Below are positions 9,654 through 15,183 of a DNA stretch of 32,000 bases, piece by piece. The translations under genes were made by a program, and so were the position numbers. This stretch comes from Fibrobacter succinogenes subsp. succinogenes S85 (lineage in GTDB: Bacteria > Fibrobacterota > Fibrobacteria > Fibrobacterales > Fibrobacteraceae). How positions within the stretch are numbered: the first letter of the stretch is position 1; every line of letters starts with the position of its first letter. The stretch covers positions 1,470,001 through 1,502,000 of the forward strand of contig NC_017448.1 in the NCBI RefSeq assembly GCF_000146505.1, in the 5' to 3' direction. Below the pieces are notes generated by a model. That model was not told where the DNA came from. It was given only the letters and a program-made list of their open reading frames with translations, and did not search any database.

Positions 9654-9690
9654 TCTATACAAAATTTGCGAATTTTTATCAATTTGTATA
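9654..9690 (-). promoter_or_regulatory. Candidate sigma-70-type promoter overlapped by an inverted repeat (possible operator) for the 9608-530 operon
   Basis: On the minus strand, TTGATA (9682-9677), a 17-nt spacer and TATAGA (9659-9654). The imperfect inverted repeat TATACAAAATT (9656-9666) / AATTTGTATA (9681-9690) spans the spacer. There are also direct repeats AAAATTTGCG (9661-9670) and TAATTTTGCG (9689-9698). Confidence 0.35.
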
Positions 9691-9774
9691 ATTTTGCGTA
9701 TAATAAAAGAATTTTAAAGTTTTACTATACGGTAAAATGCATATTTTAGCATTTTTAGCAAGCGAAAAATCCCC

Positions 9775-9807
9775 TAAAAAAAGAACCGCAGCTACAACAC
9801 TGCGGTT
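9775..9807 (-). terminator. Rho-independent terminator of the 217-aa gene
   Basis: On the minus strand, AACCGCAG-tgttgtag-CTGCGGTT followed by CTTTTTTTAGGGG. The stem is 8 bp and perfect. Confidence 0.7.
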
Positions 9808-9862
9808 TTCATTGCATAAAACGGAACCGATTCTACAAAATCGGAACAAGTCAGAAAAAACT

Positions 9863-10516
9863 CTACGAATTTTTATACAAGTCGCTCAAATCTAGAGCCA
9901 TAAACGTAGCGCCGTCGTCATATACAGGACGAACATGCCGTTTTATATTCTCAGTTTCAGAAGAGTTCAGTTCAAATTCAGAAAATCCATAATTGTCTTG
10001 ATAGTACTTTACCAACCTTTTATCAATGGCGTGTATAATCAAGTAATTTACAGCCACATATTCGTTTATGGCTTTTACGATATCAAGGATAAAACCATAG
10101 AACATGGCTGCCGTAATTTCTTCCTTGCAATTTGTGCTATTCGAGAAAGCACCATTGCGAGCAAAGTTCACTAGTTCTATAGCCGAATCAGTATATTCTA
10201 CCGAACTTTCGCGATCAGTTTCTTCATCAAATTGAATATCCAAATCGCTTTCTTCTGGAAGTTGCTCGAAACGAGGCAGGATTGCGGTCTTCAGCGTAAA
10301 ATAGCCGCACATTTCATGCAGACGGTCAAAAACTATATAGGTCGTTGACACGTGGTCCCGAGTTTCTATAATTGCATCGCGCGTTAAATACTTTTCTAGA
10401 CCCTTGCCCGCTTCGCATGTAGCCTCAAATGTACTAAGCAAGCGTTTGCACTCCTCCGAGTCACAAACCTTCTCACAGCTAAACGAGCCATCAGGAAGAA
10501 CGTAGGGAAAATTCAT
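9863..10516 (-). CDS. Acidic hypothetical protein with GNAT-toxin-like (TacT/KacT-type) motif order
   Basis: 217 aa. The motifs occur in this order: FSC...LEKYLTRDA...TTYIVFD...CGYFTLKTAIL...LPEE...AIELVNFARN...VAVNYLIIHAIDKRLVKYYQDNYGFSEF...TFMALDL. This parallels F.CG..LD.FL..A...TYV....GYYTLSA.SI...LP...LGRLAVD...V.A.D..A..FY...GF...LFLPM of GNAT toxins. A canonical Q/RxxGxG/A motif is not evident, and an acidic insertion (ESDLDIQFDEETDRESSVEY) is present. Confidence 0.5.
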   Translation of the reverse strand: MNFPYVLPDGSFSCEKVCDSEECKRLLSTFEATCEAGKGLEKYLTRDAIIETRDHVSTTYIVFDRLHEMCGYFTLKTAILPRFEQLPEESDLDIQFDEETDRESSVEYTDSAIELVNFARNGAFSNSTNCKEEITAAMFYGFILDIVKAINEYVAVNYLIIHAIDKRLVKYYQDNYGFSEFELNSSETENIKRHVRPVYDDGATFMALDLSDLYKNS

Positions 10517-10650
10517 TTGGCTTGTGTTGCGTGTTTACGCTTAAAATCAAGATAACGAGCAACATTAACGGGAGCAATTTTTCCCGTCTGTTTTGCGGCA
10601 TGCAACTTTCGCAATGCCATAACAAGCTGCTGCTTTTTTGCGTTCACCAT
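10513..10650 (-). CDS. Small basic protein (45 aa), translationally coupled to the 217-aa gene and absent from the ORF track
   Basis: The product is MVNAKKQQLVMALRKLHAAKQTGKIAPVNVARYLDFKRKHATQAK (8 K, 3 R, 1 D). An AGAGG SD lies 7 nt upstream of the ATG at 10650. The TGA stop overlaps the downstream ATG (ATGA at 10513-10516). A strand-helix-helix (RHH-like) arrangement is possible. Confidence 0.5.
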   Translation of the reverse strand: MVNAKKQQLVMALRKLHAAKQTGKIAPVNVARYLDFKRKHATQAK

Positions 10651-10667
10651 AATAAGCCTCTATAAGT

Positions 10668-10696
10668 AATATAACTAATTATCATCTTCAAGTCAA
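10668..10696 (-). promoter_or_regulatory. Canonical sigma-70-type promoter of the 45-aa/217-aa cassette
   Basis: On the minus strand, TTGACT (10696-10691), exactly 17 nt, then TATATT (10673-10668). The -10 box ends 17 nt upstream of the ATG at 10650. Confidence 0.55.
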
Positions 10697-10756
10697 CAAT
10701 CCAATATGATTTTTCCAGAGGTTTTCCATAACATTTCGCTTTTTCAGACATTTTTG

Positions 10757-10990
10757 CAGTAAGCCAGGCGTTGCGGGCTGGCGTTTGAAGCCCGCAGTGG
10801 GGGTAGCGTAAGACCTGGCCGGGGCGGGCTTTGGTCAGTATTCCCGAAGGGAATGACTATATGGGCGGGGCCGGGGCTGGAGCGAGGGGGATACTTCCCC
10901 CTTCATACTAAGCCTTACACTTGGCGTCTACGACGCCAGTTTGCATCGCCTCGGTCATGCCCAAGCGAACTTGGGCGCGACACTCGGCTC
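10757..10990. other. GC-rich cluster of perfect short hairpins (candidate structured RNA or REP-like element array)
   Basis: Stems: GCGGGCT/AGCCCGC (10774-10796), ATTCCC-gaa-GGGAAT (10841-10855), GGGGGA-tact-TCCCCC (10887-10902), TGGCGTC-tac-GACGCCA (10922-10938) and GCCCAAG-cgaa-CTTGGGC (10959-10976; the loop is UUCG on the minus strand). The plus strand carries many G3-G5 runs. The region lies directly after the carB stop, with no T-tract terminator. Confidence 0.4.
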
Positions 10991-10991
10991 G

Positions 10992-13900
10992 CTACACTTC
11001 TTCAATGCTTGCGTGGTACTCTTGCAGGCTCTTCACGGCACCATGTCCGTTCCTTGCAGCGGCGATTCCCTTCACGGTGTTGTAGGCACCGGCGAGCGTG
11101 GTGATGTAAGGCACCTTGTACTTGATGGCGGCCTTACGGATAGCGCTTTCGTCCTTGATGGCGTCGCGCTTTGCCCACGGCGTGTTGATGATGAGGTTCA
11201 CCTGCTTGTTCAGGATGATATCGAGAACGTTCGGGCGGCCTTCAGCAATCTTGTTCACCACTTCGCACTTGACACCGGCGGCTTCGTAGAACTTGGCGGT
11301 ACCTTCGGTAGCGTAAATCTTGAAGCCGAGCTTCTGGAATTCCTTACCGATTTCAATCGCCTGTTCGGAGAGGTTCACCTTGTCAGAAAGGCTGATGAGC
11401 ACAGCGCCTTCGGACGGGAGGAAGGAACCTGCAGCTTCCTGGCTCTTGTAGTAAGCGAGGGCGTAGTCGTCGGAAAGGCCGAGGACTTCACCAGTGGAGC
11501 GCATTTCGGGGCCGAGAACCGGGTCCACCTTCGGGAACTTGTCGAACGGGAACACAGCTTCCTTGGCACCGTGGTGGTTGAACTTCTTGTCCTTGAGCTT
11601 GAGGTCTTCGAGCTTGGCACCGAGCATCAAGCGGGTCGCGAGGCGAGCCATCTGCGTGTTACAGACCTTGGAGACCAGAGGCACCGTGCGGGAGGCACGC
11701 GGGTTGGCTTCGAGGACGAACACCTTGCCGTCTTCGATGGCGTACTGCATATTCATGAGGCCGCAAACGTGGAGGGCTTCAGCAATCTTCCTCGTGTAAT
11801 CCTTGATGGTTGCCAAGTTTTCCTTGGTGATGGTCACCGGCGGGATGATGCAGGCGGAGTCACCGGAGTGGACACCGGCAAGTTCGACGTGTTCCATCAC
11901 GGACGGGATGTAAACGTGTTCGCCGTCAGAGAGGGCGTCGGCTTCGCATTCGAGAGCGTTGTGGAGGAAGCGGTCGATGAGGAGCGGACGGTCCGGGGTC
12001 ACGCCGACAGCCTTGGCAACGTATTCGCGGAGCATGGCTTCGTCGTAGATGACTTCCATGCCACGGCCACCAAGCACGAAACTCGGGCGGATCATCACCG
12101 GGTAGCCACCGATCTGCTTGACGCAAGCGAGGGCTTCGTCGATGTTCGTAGCCATGCCACTTTCCGGCATCGGGATGCCGAGCTGGTCCATCATCTTGCG
12201 GAACAGGTCGCGGTCTTCGGCAATGTCGATGGAGTCGATGCTCGTACCGAGAATCTTGACACCTTCGTCGCTCAAAGCGCGGGCGATGTTCAGCGGAGTC
12301 TGGCCACCGAACTGCACAATCACGCCAGCCGGCTTTTCCTTGTGGTAAATCTGGAGAACGTCTTCGAGGCTGACCGGTTCGAAGTACAGCTTGTCGGAAG
12401 TATCGTAGTCGGTAGAAACCGTTTCAGGGTTGCAGTTCACCATGATGGTTTCGTAACCCATTTCGCGGAGAGCCATGGCAGCATGGCAGCAGCAGTAGTC
12501 GAATTCGATACCCTGGCCGATTCTGTTCGGGCCACCGCCGAGAATCATGATCTTCTTCGGGTTGTTGGAAGCGGTAGATTCGTCCTTGCAGTTGTAGGTG
12601 CTGTAGTAGTAGTACTGGTCCTTCACGCCGCTCACCGGCACTGCGCACCAGCCTTCGACCACGCCGAGTTCGGTACGCTTCTTGCGCACGTCCTTTTCGC
12701 GGATGCCAAGAATCTTTGCGATGTACTTGTCGCTGAAGCCGTCCTTCTTGGCCTTGATGAGGAGTTCGTCAGCAGGCAGGCGACCCGGAGTCTTGAGCAT
12801 TTCTTCTTCGAGTTCCACGAGTTCGCGCATCTGCTGCACGAAGTAAGCCTTCTCGTAGGTGGCAGCGAAGATTTCTTCGTCGGTAGCGCCCTTACGGATA
12901 GCTTCGTACATCTGGAAGTGACGTTCGGAAGAAGCGGTCTTCATCATTTCGAGGAGCTCTTCCTTGCTCTTCTTGTTGAAGTCCTTCGCAAAGCCGAGGC
13001 CGGAGCGACCGTTTTCGAGGCCGCGGATAGCCTTCTGGAGGGTTTCCTTGTAGGTCTTGCCGATAGCCATGACTTCGCCCACGGCCTTCATCTGGGTGCC
13101 GAGGCAGTCATCGACGCCGCGGAACTTTTCGAATGCCCAGCGTGCGAACTTGAGCACCACGTAGTCACCGCTCGGGGTGTACTTTTCGAGGCTTCCGTCG
13201 CGCCAGTACGGAATCTGGTCGAGGGTGAGGCCTGCGGCGAGCTTTGCTGAAATGAGGGCGATCGGGAAGCCGGTAGCCTTGGAAGCAAGTGCAGAAGAGC
13301 GGCTGGTACGCGGGTTGATTTCGATAATCACCACGCGGCCGGTCTTCGGGTCGTGAGCGAACTGGACGTTGGTACCGCCAATCACACCGATAGATTCCAC
13401 AATCTTGAAGGCCTTTTCCTTCAGTTCTTCTTCGAGCTTCTTGTCGATGGTGAGGAATGGGGCGGCACAGAAGGAGTCGCCGGTATGCACGCCCACCGGG
13501 TCGATGTTTTCGATGAAGCAGATGGCGATCATCTGGTTCTTGGAATCGCGCACGACTTCGACTTCGAGTTCTTCCCAACCGAGAATGGATTCTTCGATGA
13601 GGCACTGGTGCGTCATGGAGAGTTCAAGACCGTTAGAGCAAATGGTGCGGAGTTCTTCCACGTTGTAGCAGAAACCGCCGCCTGCACCGCCCATGGTGTA
13701 TGCCGGGCGAACCACCACCGGGTAGCCGATTTCGGCCACGATCTTTTCGGCTTCTTCCACAGAGTGGCAAATGCCGGAGCGCGGGGTGTCGATGCCGAGC
13801 TTCTGCATGGTTTCCTTGAAGATTTCACGGTCTTCGCCGCGTTCGATAGCGTCGAGGTTCACACCGATGACCTTCACGCCGTACTTGTCCAGCACGCCAG

Positions 13901-14210
13901 CCTTGCTCAAAGCAGAAGCGAGGTTCAAGCCGGTCTGACCGCCCAAGTTCGGGAGGAGAGCCTGCGGGCGTTCCTTTTCGATAATCTGGGTAAGGCGAGC
14001 AACGTTCAGCGGTTCGATGTAGGTGGCATCGGCCATGACCGGGTCGGTCATGATGGTAGCCGGGTTAGAGTTCACGAGCACAATCTTGTAACCCTGTTCG
14101 CGCAGGGCCTTGCAAGCCTGGGTGCCGGAATAGTCGAATTCGCAAGCCTGACCGATCACGATCGGGCCAGAACCGATGATAAGGACTTTGTCGATGCCTT
14201 CAATCTTCAT
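10992..14210 (-). CDS. carB: Carbamoyl-phosphate synthase large subunit
   Basis: 1072 aa. It has duplicated ATP-grasp halves (KVLIIGSGPIVIGQACEFDYSGTQA... and KIMILGGGPNRIGQGIEFDYCCCHA...), an oligomerisation region and an MGS-like C-terminal domain. A GGAGA SD precedes the ATG. No carA is adjacent. Confidence 0.97.
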   Translation of the reverse strand: MKIEGIDKVLIIGSGPIVIGQACEFDYSGTQACKALREQGYKIVLVNSNPATIMTDPVMADATYIEPLNVARLTQIIEKERPQALLPNLGGQTGLNLASALSKAGVLDKYGVKVIGVNLDAIERGEDREIFKETMQKLGIDTPRSGICHSVEEAEKIVAEIGYPVVVRPAYTMGGAGGGFCYNVEELRTICSNGLELSMTHQCLIEESILGWEELEVEVVRDSKNQMIAICFIENIDPVGVHTGDSFCAAPFLTIDKKLEEELKEKAFKIVESIGVIGGTNVQFAHDPKTGRVVIIEINPRTSRSSALASKATGFPIALISAKLAAGLTLDQIPYWRDGSLEKYTPSGDYVVLKFARWAFEKFRGVDDCLGTQMKAVGEVMAIGKTYKETLQKAIRGLENGRSGLGFAKDFNKKSKEELLEMMKTASSERHFQMYEAIRKGATDEEIFAATYEKAYFVQQMRELVELEEEMLKTPGRLPADELLIKAKKDGFSDKYIAKILGIREKDVRKKRTELGVVEGWCAVPVSGVKDQYYYYSTYNCKDESTASNNPKKIMILGGGPNRIGQGIEFDYCCCHAAMALREMGYETIMVNCNPETVSTDYDTSDKLYFEPVSLEDVLQIYHKEKPAGVIVQFGGQTPLNIARALSDEGVKILGTSIDSIDIAEDRDLFRKMMDQLGIPMPESGMATNIDEALACVKQIGGYPVMIRPSFVLGGRGMEVIYDEAMLREYVAKAVGVTPDRPLLIDRFLHNALECEADALSDGEHVYIPSVMEHVELAGVHSGDSACIIPPVTITKENLATIKDYTRKIAEALHVCGLMNMQYAIEDGKVFVLEANPRASRTVPLVSKVCNTQMARLATRLMLGAKLEDLKLKDKKFNHHGAKEAVFPFDKFPKVDPVLGPEMRSTGEVLGLSDDYALAYYKSQEAAGSFLPSEGAVLISLSDKVNLSEQAIEIGKEFQKLGFKIYATEGTAKFYEAAGVKCEVVNKIAEGRPNVLDIILNKQVNLIINTPWAKRDAIKDESAIRKAAIKYKVPYITTLAGAYNTVKGIAAARNGHGAVKSLQEYHASIEEV

Positions 14211-14239
14211 TTTGTTTATCTCCGTTGACTAATTATTTA

Positions 14240-14386
14240 TTAAAACTCGTATTTATTGTTTAAAAAAAGAGCTGAACCAAATGGCTCAGCATCTTTAAAA
14301 ACAACATTGGAAATAGAAATAGTAGCGAACGGCGCGACATGCATAATGTCGCAGTTGCGCTTAGCGTTTTTGAGCATTCCGTTCAT
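14240..14386 (-). CDS. Candidate leader peptide ORF (48 aa) in the carB leader
   Basis: The ATG at 14386 is preceded by AGGAAAgtg. The ORF MNGMLKNAKRNCDIMHVAPFATISISNVVFKDAEPFGSALFLNNKYEF reads through both leader hairpins and the terminator, and stops 27 nt before the carB ATG. There is no family recognition, so this may be non-coding. Confidence 0.25.
   Translation of the reverse strand: MNGMLKNAKRNCDIMHVAPFATISISNVVFKDAEPFGSALFLNNKYEF
14262..14290 (-). terminator. Intrinsic terminator 52 nt upstream of the carB start (attenuator candidate and/or terminator of the upstream lipoprotein gene)
   Basis: On the minus strand, GCTGAGCC-attt-GGTTCAGC followed by TCTTTTTTTAAAC. The stem is 8 bp with one G-U. 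On the plus strand that position is an A/C mismatch, which indicates minus-strand function. Confidence 0.75.
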
Positions 14387-14421
14387 CACTTTCCTATTTC
14401 GCAAAGACTTAAACTTGTGCA

Positions 14422-14450
14422 AATATAGAATAAGTGATAGATCATTTCAA
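14422..14450 (-). promoter_or_regulatory. Sigma-70-type promoter that would start a roughly 205-nt carB leader transcript
   Basis: On the minus strand, TTGAAA (14450-14445), exactly 17 nt, then TATATT (14427-14422). It sits immediately after the stop codon of the 63-aa lipoprotein gene. Confidence 0.5.
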
Positions 14451-14459
14451 TAGCGGGCG

Positions 14460-14651
14460 CTAAAAATCACTATCAATAGGAACGCTTTCAGTCGGTTCTT
14501 CCTGAGCAGGCAACTCCTGACATTCCGGAAGCTGCGGTTCCTTAAAGCACCTTTCACGAAGGCTTTGAGCATCACTATCACTGGGTGCAGCACAACCAAC
14601 AAGACCAAGCACACTAGCGACTAAAAACAAACCCATAAACTTGCGTTTCAT
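14460..14651 (-). CDS. Small acidic lipoprotein (63 aa)
   Basis: The preferred start is ATG 14651, with an AGAGG SD 5 nt upstream. MKRKFMGLFLVASVLGLVGC is a signal peptide plus lipobox. The mature part has a CFKEPQLPEC pair and an acidic tail. Confidence 0.6.
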   Translation of the reverse strand: MKRKFMGLFLVASVLGLVGCAAPSDSDAQSLRERCFKEPQLPECQELPAQEEPTESVPIDSDF

Positions 14652-14714
14652 AAAGACCTCTAAGTTGTTATCCATCAATATAATAAACTTTTCAATCAAC
14701 AAAAAAAATTCAAT

Positions 14715-14742
14715 CAAAAAAGGGCCGCCCTAAAAGCGACCC
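14715..14742 (-). terminator. Rho-independent terminator of the HU gene
   Basis: On the minus strand, GGGTCGC-ttttagg-GCGGCCC followed by TTTTTTGATTG. Confidence 0.7.
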
Positions 14743-14773
14743 ACCTTTGCAAAAAGCAAATCTAGCTCAGAAA

Positions 14774-15076
14774 TTACTTCTTAGCCGGCTTGTTCTTAGC
14801 AGCGGTTTCCTTGAGAGCTGCACCAGCCTTGAAGCCGACAGTCTTGGAAGCCTTGATCTTGATGGTAGCACCAGTCTGCGGATTGCGGCCAGTACGAGCA
14901 GCGCGGGACTTCACAGTGAAAGTACCGAAACCGATGAGCTGGACGTTGCCGTCCTTCTTGATGCCAGCAGCGATACCGTCGAGAACAGCGTCGATTGCGC
15001 GAGCAGCAGCAGCCTTGGATTCAATGCCAGCTTCCTTGTTAGCGAGCACGGCTTCAATGAGATCTTGTTTGTTCAT
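14774..15076 (-). CDS. hup: HU family DNA-binding protein with a short Lys-rich C-terminal tail
   Basis: 100 aa: MNKQDLIEAV...VQLIGFGTFTVKSRAARTGRNPQTGATIKIKASKTVGFKAGAALKE, then TAAKNKPAKK. An AAGGAG SD is present. Confidence 0.95.
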   Translation of the reverse strand: MNKQDLIEAVLANKEAGIESKAAAARAIDAVLDGIAAGIKKDGNVQLIGFGTFTVKSRAARTGRNPQTGATIKIKASKTVGFKAGAALKETAAKNKPAKK

Positions 15077-15117
15077 TTTATAACTCCTTGAGTCAGATTT
15101 GTGAATTGTTTGGTAAT

Positions 15118-15123
15118 ATTATA
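15118..15123 (-). promoter_or_regulatory. Candidate -10 box (TATAAT) for hup
   Basis: A perfect TATAAT lies on the minus strand ~42 nt upstream of the hup ATG. No convincing -35 element was found. Confidence 0.3.
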
Positions 15124-15183
15124 CTTTTTTTTTCTTAGATAAGAATGGTTTTTAATGAAAAAAGTTTTTAAAACCGCATAAAA

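Noticed and set aside
9738-9908. 56-aa plus-strand ORF in the AT-rich intergenic region
   Set aside because: It has no SD, runs through the minus-strand terminator hairpin and into the antisense of the 217-aa gene, and has low-complexity composition.
420-10798. Genomic island with att-like direct repeats (AAGCCCGCAG at both flanks)
   Set aside because: A 10-bp match between two GC-rich elements could arise from shared motif family membership or by chance. There is no integrase, transposase or tRNA target. It is downgraded to a low-interest compositional note.
10741-10990. tRNA, tmRNA, RNase P, SRP or 6S RNA in the GC-rich region
   Set aside because: I could not find the T-loop GGTTCGAATCC-type box, a tmRNA tag or CCA end, RNase P conserved regions or the SRP GGAA/AGCA motifs. 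The region is kept only as an unclassified structured element.
10853-11104. 83-aa plus-strand ORF across the GC-rich hairpin region
   Set aside because: It is Arg/Pro/Gly-rich and driven by GC content, overlaps the carB 3' end in antisense, and has no SD. The hairpin array explains the region better.
10941-13250. 769-aa plus-strand ORF (also 13353-14228, 291 aa)
   Set aside because: It is antisense to carB, whose identity is unambiguous. The translation is low-complexity (V/H/E/G/A-rich) with no recognisable motifs, as is typical of shadow ORFs opposite GC3-rich genes.
14240-14422. 60-aa ORF-track entry starting at 14422
   Set aside because: That start is a TTG located inside or at the predicted -10/TSS region. 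If the ORF is real, the SD-preceded ATG at 14386 is the more plausible start. Even that is kept only as a low-confidence leader peptide.
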